Shown piece by piece: positions 1-13,503 of a stretch of 64,000 nucleotides of DNA. Made by a program: the position numbers and the translations under genes. Each line of letters opens with the position of its first letter. Position 1 is the stretch's first letter. This stretch comes from Chrysomallon squamiferum (Eukaryota; Animalia; Mollusca): positions 17,546,001 through 17,610,000 of the forward strand of contig CM022677.1 in assembly GCA_012295275.1 (NCBI GenBank), read 5' to 3'. Below the pieces are notes generated by a model. That model ran no database searches, was not told the origin of the DNA, and was given only the letters and a program-made list of their open reading frames with translations.

Positions 1-1075
1 TATTGTTATGTTGTACTTTACTCTTATTGTTCTGTTCTACTAGTCTTATTGTTATGTTGTACTATACTCTTATTGTTCTGTTCTACTATCCAGTCTTATT
101 GTTATGTTGTACTACACTCTTATTGTTCTGTTCTGCTAGTCTTATTGTTATGTTGTACTACACTCTTATTGTTCTGTTCTACTAGTCTTATTGTTATGTT
201 GTACTTTACTCTTATTGCTCTGTTCTACTAGTCTTATTGTTATGTTGTACTATACTCTTATTGTTCTGTTCTGCTAGTCTTATTGTTATTTTGTACTACA
301 CTCTTATTGTTCTGTTCTACTAGTCTTATTGTTATCTTGTACTACACTCTTATTGTTCTGTTCTACTAGTCTTATTGTTATGTTGTACTATACTCTTATT
401 GTTCTGTTCTACTAGTCTTATTGTTATGTTGTACTATACTCTTATTGTTCTGTTCTACTAGTCTTATTGTTATGTTGTACTTTACTCTTATTGTTCTGTT
501 CTACTAGTCTTATTGTTATGTTGTACTATACTCTTATCGTTCTGTTCTACTAGTCTTATTGTTATGTTGTACTTTACTCTCATTGCTCTGTTCTACTAGT
601 CTTATTGTTATGTTGTACTTTACTCTCATTGCTCTGTTCTACTAGTCTTATTGTTATGTTGTACTATACTCTTATTGTTCTGTTCTACTAGTCTTATTGT
701 TATGTTGTACTATACTCTTATTGTTCTGTTCTACTAGTCTTATTGTTTGTTTACTTTACTCTCATTGCTCTGTTCTACTAGTCTTATTGTTATGTTGTAC
801 TTTATTCTCATTGTTCTGTTCTACTAGTCTTATTGTTATGTTGTACTATACTCTTATTGTTCTGTTCTACTAGTCTTATTGTTATGTTGTACTTTACTCT
901 CATTGTTCTGTTCTACTAGTCTTATTGTTATGTTGTACTATACTCTTATTGTTCTGTTCTACTAGTCTTATTGTTATGTTGTACTATACTCTTATCGTTC
1001 TGTTCTACTAGTCTTATTGTTATGTTGTACTTTACTCTCATTTTCTTCTGTTCTACTAGTCTTATTGTTATGTTA
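1..1075. repeat. 46-bp minisatellite, about 23 copies, truncated by the window start
   Basis: Unit CTAGTCTTATTGTTATGTTGTACTATACTCTTATTGTTCTGTTCTA recurs with a 46-nt period (e.g. TAGT at 137, 183, 229). Confidence 0.95.
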
Positions 1076-1421
1076 TTTTACAGTACTATACTCTTGCTCC
1101 TATCTGCTATTTTATTGTGGTACTGCACTACAGCTTTATCGTTATATTCTTACTGCTCTATTTTACAGAACTCAGATTGCTCTATTGCACTATATCTTCT
1201 TGCTCTATATAGTCTTCTTCACAAAGCAATCCTGGTTGACGTTCCCAAATTTAAAACAAATTTACTACAAAGGGGAATAAGTCAGTCAAATTGTTTTTAG
1301 TTAAGATCACCATTGTGTGGAAATTCCATTTATCTTTTTATTAATTTTATTATTTATTTATTAATTTATTTAACAAAATGTTAATAAATTGTTCCTAATT
1401 TTTCCCTAGAATGATAAAACT

Positions 1422-1478
<57 letters not shown>

Positions 1479-1576
1479 ACACACATTACGTTGCTTACTT
1501 CAATATTATTTATTCTTAATATTCATTTACTGATTATGGTTGCAAAATTCTGACACTGATTATTTATTCTTTACAG

Positions 1577-1625
1577 TTTGATAACGAAAACGAAAGTTGA
1601 CGAAGATGAAGTCTACAAAATTTAA
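1577..1625 (+). CDS. Possible terminal coding exon of an upstream plus-strand gene (LITKTKVDEDEVYKI*)
   Basis: Branch-like ACTGAT, pyrimidine tract and TTACAG acceptor at 1571-1576, followed by a short frame ending in TAA. No homology recognised. Confidence 0.2.
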
Positions 1626-1804
1626 AAATTATTACCAGTATTTTGAAAAAATATTTTATCCCTTTTCAATTTTTTAAAGTTACATTTCAATTCGTTTAAT
1701 ACAAATGCACGTGCTATATAAATATTCAATACGCTTTGAAACTAGCGCATACAAACGCACGCTAACACACATACACACAACGATAAACAGATTAGAAATT
1801 CGCA

Positions 1805-2010
1805 AACACACACACGCATACCTTCATACACCATAAATGCCATTGTTATACTGTTTCGTATTATTTGTTTTTAATAATAAACTTACAGTTATTATAATAT
1901 TTCAGCAAACACACACACATACATGCATACCTTCATACACTATAAATGCCATTGTTATACTGTTTCGTATTATTTGTTTTTAATAATAAACTTAAGTTAT
2001 TATAATATTC
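1805..2010. repeat. Tandem duplication of about 105-110 bp
   Basis: GCATACCTTCATACAC...TTATTATAATATT occurs twice, near-identical. Confidence 0.85.
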
Positions 2011-2017
2011 CACATTA

Positions 2018-2293
2018 TAGGTTGAGGACCCATTATCCGAAATTTCGAATTTCCGAAATCCGAAAAGCTCAGTAATTCGAAACTTTTTCCGCTCAGCAGA
2101 AATAATCTTTTTAGGAATGTACAAAAAAAGTTATTTAAAATATTACACAGAAAATTCTGCAGACCATCTGTACAAGCCGCATATAAAATATAAATGGAGT
2201 TCGTATTTAGTCTCAGATCTTATTCTCAGTCTTGTATTCTAAAATCTTAAATCCGGCCCCAAGCATTTCGGATAAGTAAAAATTCTCAACCTG
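2018..2293. mobile_element. Non-autonomous pogo/Tigger-type MITE (Tigger4/MER46-like)
   Basis: Imperfect TIRs TAGGTTGAGGACCCATTATCCGAAAT / ATTTCGGATAAGTAAAAATTCTCAACCTG, flanked by TA at 2016-17 and 2294-95; internal TCCGAAA subrepeats. Confidence 0.75.
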
Positions 2294-3206
2294 TATTTTC
2301 TAATAATAGAATTAGAACTGTAGTAATAATTCACTTTATTTGTTCTTAATAATAACAAAAGCTACTATTGATTCTTTTTTTAAAGGTAAATGAAACTTTC
2401 TATTTTTATATTTTTTAATGTTACTGATAGTTTTAATGATAGTAAAAGTTGCAATTGTTACATTGTTTATGAATATATTGGTAAATAAATGTTATTATCC
2501 CATTTGTTTTGTTCATTTTTATTTTTTTATTTTTTTATTATTATTTATTTTAATGTTGTGCTTTTAATGATAATGAAACTGAGAACTGTTTCAATATTTT
2601 ATTTTAACTGATTTTTAACGATAATAAAATATTTTGTCGCTAATCATATTTAATTTACTATGTAACTGGAATAAAACTGAATGGAATGTACGAATAGTAC
2701 AGATAACATTTTTAAAAACGCACATGCTTTACTGACCATACAGACATACAGAACAATCCCTCAGTACTGTGACACTGCACCAGATATTTGCCTGAGAAGC
2801 CCCACCCCACAGCGTCACGCCTACAGAGACCTCACCCAGGGGCTTCAGACTGGGAATCACTGACTACGGTAACAGAGATCGCATGGACTTTCTCCGTGGC
2901 GTCTGCTCAAAATCTTTAGATATAAAACGTGTTCGAAACATTTATGTAACTACATGTAATAAGAAATGTTTCAAATAAACAATGTATATTATGTACAGAT
3001 GTCTTTTTAATATCCAGTTAATCCGTACAAGAGATTAATTATCCTTGGCAGGGTTAGGCGGGTGGAATTGCCGAGGGGATAAATGACCCAGGGGCAATCA
3101 CCAGAGTGGAAAATCACCGGGAGGAAAGAGACTGGGAAAATATCCATTTCGACTGCCTGGACAGTACAGATGTCATTTCGACTGCATGAGCTGCTTACTC
3201 CATGTG

Positions 3207-3247
<41 letters not shown>

Positions 3248-3943
3248 GTTAAAAAATAACAAGTTAAAAACATTTTATTACTGTTAAAAAACTAAATGGT
3301 ATACAATAGTTAGTTTTTTTTCTGCCAGTGTGTGTGCGTGAAAGCGTTTGTTTGTGAGTGTATATGTGTATGTGTGTGTGGTTGGGTGGGAGAGTATCTG
3401 TGCGTGTCTTATAACAGCTATAAATAAAAATTAATTAGATAAATAATATTATTTATAATAACGGACCACGAATAAAAGAAATTTCTTTCAATTAAAAATC
3501 GGAATATTTTTATTTTAAATTTGATTTGAAACGTTAATTAGAATGTATTACTTAATTAATTATGATAAAGAAACGTTTATAACAATGAAAGGATAACACA
3601 CAACCATATTTCCAGCAAAACTGATATGATAAGCTTTGTTTTGTTTTTTTTTACTCTTTTTACTTATGATCGAATAATTTGTTGATTGAATTTAAAACTA
3701 TTTTCCGTTTAGCTAAGCAAGCAGAAGTAGGAAATTTCACACTTCATTTTTGAAAAGTAAAGGTCCGCGTTTCAATATCCAGAACACAGCAAAAGAAAGT
3801 TGATAAAGAAATTTCAGTTTGCGATTCAGCCGTCCGTAGAGAACATTTCTGTAGTCATAGTTGTCAAGATTCGACTCTCCTTTTTGAAATATTATTAACG
3901 TTTTTAAAATTTTATTGAAGTCTTCTTCATATTCTTCATTTTA

Positions 3944-3948
3944 TTAGC
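3944..3948 (-). CDS. Possible final exon of the Ig gene (completes an Arg codon, then TAA; 3' UTR follows)
   Basis: Minus-strand acceptor TTGTATTTCAG|GCTAA. Joined to the phase-1 donor at 5871 it gives C+GC TAA. Confidence 0.35.
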
Positions 3949-4365
3949 CTGAAATACAACAATACATACTGTCATACTGTTGTTTTAAATATCAACAACA
4001 AAAAGAAATAGAGAAAGAAATTATTAGAAGGATTGAAATACCAATCAACCACTGAAACAAATACACCTACATACAAAATATTTACAAACAAACATACAAA
4101 TGTAAATTTACTCGCTATCACACACAGACAAACACATACACAAAAACACAAATACGAAAAAATACACGCTCACACACATACTAATTTGCTGAATGAACAT
4201 GTTTATTAATGTTCTAAAACAAACTTAGAATACTGTGGCATGGTGTTCAGCAGTTGCAGAAAATTGGCGTTGAATGGTCAGAATAAAGGTGAATATACGT
4301 GTTTTAAATCTTGAATGCTCGCAGTAAAATGCTTTATTTCCATTTCGACGTAGAAAAGTTACAAG

Positions 4366-4800
4366 ATACCAAGACTAAGCCTGGCTATTCGAAGCACTGC
4401 TAATAAGCAGCCTCCAGTTAGGTGAATCGCAGTCAACAGTCGCAGGACACACGAACATCGAGCAGACGTTTCACGTCACTGGAGCAGGTTCCAGCAGTTT
4501 CAATTAGCAGACAACCCGCCCGCCTAGAAATGGAAGACAGCTCCAGCACGTGATCTCTACATCCGACGTCTGCAACTTGCCTCACAGAACTACTACAGCA
4601 ACAAAGATTCGTGTAGGTAAACAATTCTGAAAAACGAGCTGGAGAAGTTGGTTTACGTGGTAGGGAAGCCTTTGTTGGTCTTCACCATCAACGTTTGTGT
4701 GTTCCCTCGTCGACAGATGTACAGGAACTGAACTTATGGAAACTGGCGGCTAGTATTGTTCAGAGACGAGTCACGTTTCCTTCTACAGCGACGTCACAGA
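4366..4800 (+). mobile_element. Decayed Tc1/mariner transposase fragment (frameshifted, 3'-truncated)
   Basis: The N-terminus (I)PRLSLAIRSTA/ISSLQLGESQSTVAGHTNI resembles the Tc1 paired-like HTH start. NWRLVLFRDESRFLLQRR matches the W..VLFSDESRF motif carrying the first catalytic Asp. Confidence 0.8.
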
Positions 4801-5753
4801 CAACAGTGGTTGTTGAGTTATGATCATTACAATGTAGGTGGTTTTATCACAAATCTCCCAAATTCAGATGGCCATAATCTCGTAAACTGCTTGTCAGTTT
4901 ATGAGTCAATACCCTCAGAAATAAAGTCATATATTCAGATGTTCCTGTGTTGAAATTATTTGACTTTCAGAGATCAAAGAAAAAAACAGTATGTCAGCCA
5001 GTAAACACAAATTGAATATTAAAACATTAATTAATGAACGACTATTTCCGGTATTACGAAAAGCATGTGCAGGGTTGATAGAGTCATCCCACATAGAACA
5101 AAATTCTCGAGTTCGTGAATTTGAAAGAAGTGTTTGACACTGCCCTAGCAACCAAAGGAATTGCTCGTTTCCAGTAACCCACCTTCCAGCATAGTCTCTT
5201 CATTATTACAAACGAGAACTGGAAAGTTCTGAAGAAATGTTTCTCTCAGCAGAGAGGAAACACTTACTGACATAACAGAGAAACACTCCATCTAAGTTAA
5301 TCACTGGCGTTTTTTCAGTATGGTAATGAACGTTTTACTAGACCGGTGAAGCAGATTCATGGGGGGAATGCTATGGACCAACTTAACACCTTCTGAAAAT
5401 TGTAGACTAAAGAGGACACAAGTCTTCACAGTCAAAGAGAAGATGAAGTAAAAAGTTGTTGACGCCAACCATAAAAATATAAAAGAGTTCCTCGGAGTGA
5501 GGCAAATGTCCCTGATTTTGATTAGCACTATCTTTCGTTACCAAGGCTACGTTAATGTTCTTTAAGTCAGTTCAACAAGAAATTTTCTACCGTTTTCACT
5601 TTTAACACACAAACTGACATACACACATTACGCAATCGCAAAACACATCTATGTATTTACCAGCAATCACTAGTAAATTTCTACATTCTCGAGCATTGAA
5701 CAAAACAACAGTTTTTTTAAAAAGGAACCATATCTACTTTGACAACGTGTTTG

Positions 5754-5800
<47 letters not shown>

Positions 5801-5850
5801 ACATACATATATATATATACACATACATACATACATAATTGAAAACAATT

Positions 5851-6242
5851 TCAAAGCGCTGAATCCGTACGGCGAATAGTAACATCCATCTCATTTTCAT
5901 TCGTTTTATAATTTCCCTCTTTGTTATTGTAAGCTAAACGACAGAAATAGGTTCCATTATCAGCAGTAGTCAGGTGTCCCACCTCGACCTGCAAAAACGA
6001 TTCCTTTGGATAATCCGTGCGACATCTGCCACTCAGCCTGCTTCTGTTTTGAAAATGGTCGCTTAAGACAGGTTCACCATTCGATTTCAGGCAGTTAGTT
6101 ACAGCAATGGTTGTCTCATTTGAGTTTCCCTGTTTTCTGGCTATGTCTATGGAAGAAAGCGTATCTAAGTCGGTGATGTCGTCAACACTGCAGTTCAAAA
6201 GCATCGTTTCTCCCTCATGAAGTGAAGTAGCTTTCCTCAATG
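5851..6242 (-). CDS. Exon 2 of a secreted single V-type immunoglobulin-domain protein
   Basis: Phase-1 acceptor TTTTATTGAAAG|CA. Translation has B-strand LNCSV, F-strand DNGTYFC (D-x-G-x-Y-x-C), E-strand LQVEVGHL, an extra Cys pair and four N-glycosylation sequons. Ends at a phase-1 donor (C|GTACGG, 5871) or at TGA 5851-5853. Confidence 0.85.
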
Positions 6243-6890
6243 CTTTCAATAAAAATTTTAAAAATTTAAAAAAAAAAAAAAAAAGTTATTTGTTCGTCAG
6301 AGTTTTAAGTTCATCAATCAACAGCTATTAGCTGATGTAAAATTATTAACATTTCGAAAACACATACAAATATTTTGTTTCAGTGTGTGTGTGTCTGTTA
6401 ATATACCTCTATGTTAATATACCTCTATGCATGAATAAATTGTTATTCCAAAAATCTTTTAATTTAATTTTTTAATTATTTTTTTATTTTAATTGTTTTT
6501 AAATGCTGCTATACAGAAAATTTGTCATACACACATTTTAATTAAAATGTATATACCTTTTTTACAGTCACATTTTAAAATAATAAATTAGTTAACCATG
6601 ATTAATTATGAATTTAAAACACGGATACATAATATCTGTGCATAGTGTGATTGTGTTTTATAAATACATATGTAAAATTTTATCTCTATCTATTTAATTA
6701 AAATCTATTTATAACCATATATATATATATATATATGCATGCAAAATTTACTAACATATAAATTATATATATACACACACCCATAAATCTATATACAAAC
6801 ACACACACGTATACACATATAAATTAATAGGCTCACACACACACAAACGCATACAAAAAACAGACAAACACAAACATACAAACATATATA

Positions 6891-6933
<43 letters not shown>

Positions 6934-8038
6934 AGATTCATTTTTCGATATTTTTTCTTCATTATTGTCACAATGAGCCGATAGCCCACCTCTTGACGGA
7001 AACTTTTTACGCAGATTGAAAGATGGTACGTTGTTCAGAAAGGAAAAAAAACAATATTATATTTGTTATATTTACTTATTTAAATATAAGAATCCTGTGA
7101 CAAAAAACAAACCTGATAAAAGTACGAGGCACTAAAATATAACAGTTTTTCTTTAACAAGAAAATTATATTTGTATTAATGAAATTTTGTCACAGTATTG
7201 TATATGAGAGAGCAGATGTTTTTCCAAGCACGTGCCATTTAAATTTAAATTTGGTTTTGTTTATGTCTGTAGTATAATTCTCATTTTACAGTTTATGAGA
7301 ATAAAATTCACTATCATTATCACTACCATTGCTTTATTCACAGATCAGAAGAATTAATGGAGATTTTTTTATCTTGATGTCAGAATTTTTTTAATAGTTT
7401 TTTCCGCCAATACGATTTTTCTTTCTTGTTTTTCTTCTTTTTTTTACGGAAAGTAGTAAACATTTCACGCTTGACAGATTTTGATGATATTAATAAGTCA
7501 CTGGTTTTATTCTGGAAAATTTAAAAACGGACCAACGACAATCGTTCAGGATAAATGGCGGAAACTACGATTATAATTCTCAGTTTTAAAAATGCATGGC
7601 CTCGCAAAGCAACAATAGCGTTTGGAGATGAAACTGATATGACGTCAGTGCCTCATTCTGGCATGCCCACCTAATGATTGCATTTTTAAATTCGTTGTGT
7701 GGTAGATGGCAGTGACAGTCAGCGCACTGTGACATTATGATATCGAAATTTGGTCAATCTGTATTTTATTAATTATTTAACAACAACTATTACCACTGTT
7801 GCAATTACAATAATCGTCACTTAAAAATTTAACCCTTTTTCTTCGGTGTTTTTATTATTATTATTATTAAATATTAAAAAAAAATGTCATTCAAGTCTGA
7901 GAAAAAAGCATTAAAGATTGCTGTTCATACACACTTTCATAGACAAAGGTTGTGTATGGGCGTGTGTTCTCATTTTCTTCATTTTGTTCAGAATATTCTT
8001 ATTTATTTATTTATTTATTATTGTTCTTACTAGTGTTT

Positions 8039-8083
<45 letters not shown>

Positions 8084-8211
8084 TTGTTGTTGTTGTTTCT
8101 TCTTTTTTGATAAAGTCTTTATGGTAATTTTTCCAGAATTGTTTCAAATCAGTACTCGTCATTTTTTATTTTAATTAACAATCGAATTTTGTTTTCTAAT
8201 TTAAAACTTAC

Positions 8212-8266
8212 CCTTTGTGTCACATGCGAAGTAAAGACAGAGTGAAAGGAGTATCCAGTTTGTCAT
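8212..8266 (-). CDS. Exon 1 (signal peptide MTNWILLSLCLYFACDTK) of the Ig-domain gene
   Basis: ATG at 8266, hydrophobic leader and consensus phase-1 donor AAGG|GTAAGT; G+CA joins in frame to the Ig exon. Confidence 0.85.
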
Positions 8267-9326
8267 TTCGAGAAAATCGTTTCCGTTTACTAGCAGACGT
8301 TATATTGCTTTTTAATAAGTTTAACGTCTGCAATAACGTCATCAGATAGGTTCCAGAACTTGTTACGTCATCTAAAAGGGTCTTTTGAGTGATAACACCG
8401 TGTGCGTTAGCTTCATTTTAAAGAGGCAACCTGTGTTGTATTTTTTATTGTTGTTGTTGTTGTTTTTGTTTGTTTGTTGTTGTTTTTTTGTTTGTTGTTG
8501 TTTTTTTGTTTGTTTTTTTGTTTCTTTTCCGCTACAGAAGTTGCCGAAATCTGAAAGATTTGTGGCCAAACCACTGGTTAATACAAAGCTGACAATCACT
8601 TAATAAAAAAATGTAAATATTGTGAACTAAACTCGTTTATGGTTTCGTAGTTTCATTGCAGATACGCAACTCCTTGGAATCACTCTCCTGCATGATTTTT
8701 TTTTTTTTTTTTTGGCTGGATAATCTAGCTAAACTGCATTAGAGCAGTATATCTCAGAACAAAATAATTAAAAATTAAAAATATATAAATAAATAAAAAT
8801 AAAAGAAAGAAAGAAAGAATGCGTGCCAGATCAAGACTGTCAATGATTCTGCTTGCAGATTCTTCTAATCAAATCTGTCAGTTTCAAGTGTAAAACACCA
8901 CATTTCTCATTTAAATCAAGAAAAGAATCATGGGGGAAAAAAAATAATACAAATAAACTGTGCGCGGAAAGCAAATTAGAGGACAACGGTTATATAGGTA
9001 TGTCACACAGTAATCATTTCTGTTACGGAGGTTTCAGTGTGTTTGTTTATAACTGGGAGTCTTTGTTCTCGAATGCCCTTCACTGCGATGAGCTGTTCGG
9101 TATTTTCCGTTGAAATTTTCGCTTTCGGAGACGCTCGTCAAATCGAATACATGGAATTACTACCATGCACTCCATTTTATTTTACCTTTTTTTTTTTTGT
9201 ATGTTTACCCCTTTTTTTTTTTTTTTTTTTTATTTTTTTTTTTTTGACGAATGACTCTTAACACATATCACCTTGATGTAAATCTTTAGTTTTACGAAAC
9301 ATTATGACTAATTGATAATCATGTTT

Positions 9327-9365
<39 letters not shown>

Positions 9366-10448
9366 ACACACACACAAACACACACACACACACACACACT
9401 CTCATATCGTACATCTGCATGATTCACATATCACAAATAGCTCAGACATAATATTTATATATTTAAACCAGTAGGTAGATCTATATCAATCAGATATAAC
9501 ACCTGATGACGAATAAATAGCCCAGTAATCTCTATACTGTTGGGGTATTGAGAACATGTAAGAACTTTAATTTAAAATTTAAATTCTATTATTTAGGAGA
9601 GATGACATTCAATCTGTCAGTTACATATTGGTAATATATTTAAATAACTTAACATATATATTTTTTCTAAAGGATGCAAATATAATTCTCGAAATTAAAT
9701 CGTTTAATTTTAGTTGATAAAACGTTGATAAAAGGATAATTAAGAAAAAAATTTAGCAAAAGTGAACACAGACTTTGGAACACACCTTTTGTATACATTT
9801 ATTATCACCATGTTCTTTCTTATTGTCAAATCAGTTGTAAATTTAGTGCGCTGATGTGTTTAACTAAACAGTTACCAGAAAAAACAGCACTGGTTCAGTT
9901 CATAATGAAATGAATGGAACGTGTGTGTCTTTGTGTCTGTGTGTCTGTAGGCACAGATGGTCACAAAAATACAAAAACAAATGTTATTGTTTAACGACAT
10001 TTTAGTTACTCGTAGTAGATGAACTCCTGCTGACAAAAACAATTCGTAATTGCACATTAAAAAACACATAAAATAAAACCCAGTGCATAAATTATATTTG
10101 AGATAATGATTTAATGTTAGAAATAATATAATCCACTGGTTTGACAACTGTTGACAGTTCGTAACTAAACGGTCAGTCTTTATGTTACGTTTCAATTGAC
10201 AGAATGAAACATACATACACACGTATAAATACATACACACATACATACATACATATATGAATATATATGTATGTATAAAAATGGTTATACACACACACAC
10301 ACATATACACATAAATACATACATATATACGCACAAACAGACATACACACAATTCCCTTGGTGTTGGATCATGATAATCAATTAAGAGCTGCTTACAAAA
10401 ACAGTTCATCATTGCTGGAAACCTCATGATAACCAAAACCAAGTGTTT

Positions 10449-10481
<33 letters not shown>

Positions 10482-10591
10482 CGTGTTAATATACCTCTAC
10501 GTAGCAATACTGCATAAATAAATTGTTATTCCAAAAGTGCTTTTAATTTTTCTTTATAATGCTGCTAAAAATACCGAGTCGTAAAACATAC

Positions 10592-10632
<41 letters not shown>

Positions 10633-13104
10633 CAGACAGACACACAAACTTCCCAACCCTTTATATACCACTCGATGATTACAGTCACAAATTGTGTAAA
10701 AATTCTTCAACATTTTTGTCATCTGTTGACTTCAGTTTAGCTGAAATGGCGGTAACAGATAACATAAATTAAATTTCCACCAACAAGTGGTGGATATCTT
10801 CATAATGTACCGCCTCGGAGTGCATTGTGCGTGATTATTGATGTATGTGTGTGTGTGTTTTGTGTGTGTATGTGTGTGTGTGTGTTTTGTGTGTGTGTGT
10901 GTGTGTGTCTGTGTGTGTGTATGTGTTGTGTGTGCGTGCGTGTGTGTGTGTGTATGTGGTTGTTTGAGGGACTAAAAGCACCAAGCATAATCTAAAGATG
11001 ACATAAACACCATTAACATGTCTGACATTTATTTCTCCTTGTTTTAGACTTAAATTACCGGTAAGTTCCTCGAAGATATACTTGGTTATGTTAATACATG
11101 GCAAACACTGTCACTCGGGCTGTTCTAAGGAATCCAGGACAGTAATGGTCTGCCAGTATTGGTCAGGGATATGAGATGTTATCTTTGTGACTTTGGGGTG
11201 AAAGAGAGTTCAAAAGAGAGGAGAGAATATCTGTCAAAGAATAACTACAATACTATCATCTGTAATGATATTCTACAATTGATTAACATGTTGTACAGTC
11301 ATGCAGAGAAACTAAAGATATAACTGAAATCGAACTGGTGTTTTTTTTGTGAATTTGCTTTATGACACACACAAACAAACGCATGCACACGTACACACAC
11401 ACACACACATGTATAACTCCTGTGAGATTTTTCGGTGACATTGTGAAAAATTTCAAGACTTTTTCGACCATTTTCTTTCTGCTATGATTTCTGACTCCTG
11501 CAAGCTCTGGTGAGTTGTCGTTCTTAGGTGTGTACCTTCCGTGCGTAATTATTATGGATTAATAATTTAAATTTCATCCCTATTTATTTATTTATTTATT
11601 TATCTGTCGTTTGCTTTTGTATGGTTATTTGTAAATGAAATACAGTTATAACAGATATATTATCATAATAATTAAATATTCAAAAGTACGTCTTTTTTTT
11701 TTGTCCATTTTTATTCACTTTGTACGCTTGGTTAATTCTTTGTTTGAGATCCTATCTGAAGTAAAAACTGGATGAATGGAAAAATCTGAAGTCCTCTTTT
11801 AGTGTGTTTATTGCACGAATCTGACGTTCTGTCTATTGCACGAATGTTACCTTGTTTTGAGAAAAATTGAGTTTTACCTCAATCGGAAGATAATTTGGTA
11901 GCGGTCAGCTCGTTACGGTTCACCGAACTTGTTTCTATTTTTAACGCGCACAGCTTGGCTCTGGGACCTTCTTCATATGAACAGCCTCGACCAAACAACT
12001 GTGTGACGTATGTTATTACGCATGTAGTACATTTTTAACCAAATTTTCAAACTTAACGAGATTAATTTTTTTCCCACAGAAACTAATTAAAGACACGTAT
12101 TCCACCATCAGTTCCAATATTATTTCCAGGACAATGCCATAACCGCTGAAAAATTAAGTAAAAAAAAATGTAAAAAAAGGCAAAATTTAGGATTTGGCGG
12201 GTGATTATTTCGTTGGTTTAAGCTTCAATGATTTTGTGTTTCAACTAAGGTGATATATAAAACTTTTCCTCAGAAATAGTCAATACACTTTACATAGTTT
12301 TTAATCCATTCTATTTTTTTTTTTTTCGATATCTTCATGCTGGATTGAAAACATTCAGTCTTTTTCTAATTAGACTGGTATCGTGTGATATTGTCTGGTA
12401 TGGATGGTATTGTATGGTATGATGTAGTATAACAGGATAAAACAAGATATACAATGGAACACTACAGTATGGTAAGGTACGATAGAATGCGATAGAGTTC
12501 ATTTAGTCTATTTATAATTTTTATTTTTATAATTAGAATTAGACAAACACACACACACACACACACATACACACGCATACACACACATTGTATTGTGTTT
12601 GTTTTTCAAACGTGTTTAAATTGGCTTTGTCACAAACATGTAAGATCTGTAGGTGTAAAGGTGAGAAATGTCATTTTGTTATTCTTAAACCCATACACAT
12701 ATATACAAAAACGCAAATTTTTTTTAATTGTTCGATATATATATATATATATTTAAAAAGATAAGAAACTTATGACTATAAACACGAATATGAAAAAACG
12801 AGAGATCCACACCAGTAATTGGTTCTTATCTACACTTCCCACAAACCAAAGCGCGCATATATAAATAAAACTATGGAAATACGTACACCTACATATGCAA
12901 ACTAAACACACAACAGATATTATATTTTAATGAAGAAGAAGATGAAAAAGAAGAAAAAGAAAATGACTATAATGATGAGGAGGACGTTTTATTTAATAGT
13001 ACACTCTTTATTGTGAGTTTTAGTTTTGTAAGTTTACATTGTCTATTTTCATTGAAGAGTGATTCACAGGCAATGTACATTTCCCACCTACCTTCATTAT
13101 AACA

Positions 13105-13430
13105 TTATTCCAAATACAGAATTTGAAATTTACTGTTTTCTAAACACATAATTTGTATCGAAACGTGACATTTATAATTTTCTAAATACAGAATTTATAT
13201 AAAACTTGTCATCTGCGATATTTTAAATTCAGAATGTATATAGAAACATGACTTTTACAATATTAAAAATATAGAATTTGTATAGAAACAATCTTCTAAA
13301 TACAGAATTTATAAGATACTTAACATTTGCCGAATTTATATAAAACATGACATTAACAGTATTCTAAATACAGATGTTGTATAGAAACGTGACATTAATA
13401 ATTTTCTAAATACAGAATTTTTATAGAATC
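13105..13430. repeat. Degenerate minisatellite, unit about 42 bp
   Basis: Recurrent TTCTAAATACAGAATTT(G/A)TATAGAAAC(A/G)TGACATT, about 8 copies. Confidence 0.75.
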
Positions 13431-13447
13431 TTAATGTTTATTATTTA

Positions 13448-13503
<56 letters not shown>

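Noticed and set aside
3040-3170. G-rich subrepeats of about 20 bp reminiscent of a Helentron-associated or MITE element
   Set aside because: Too degenerate to define termini or a family.
6378-10570. Shared segment of about 120 bp at 6378-6510 and 10447-10570 as evidence of a duplicated Ig gene
   Set aside because: Only non-coding sequence is shared and no second Ig exon was found nearby; likely a small dispersed repeat.
11740-12360. Possible non-autonomous DNA transposon fragment
   Set aside because: Composition is suggestive, but I could not identify TIRs, TSDs or a second copy.
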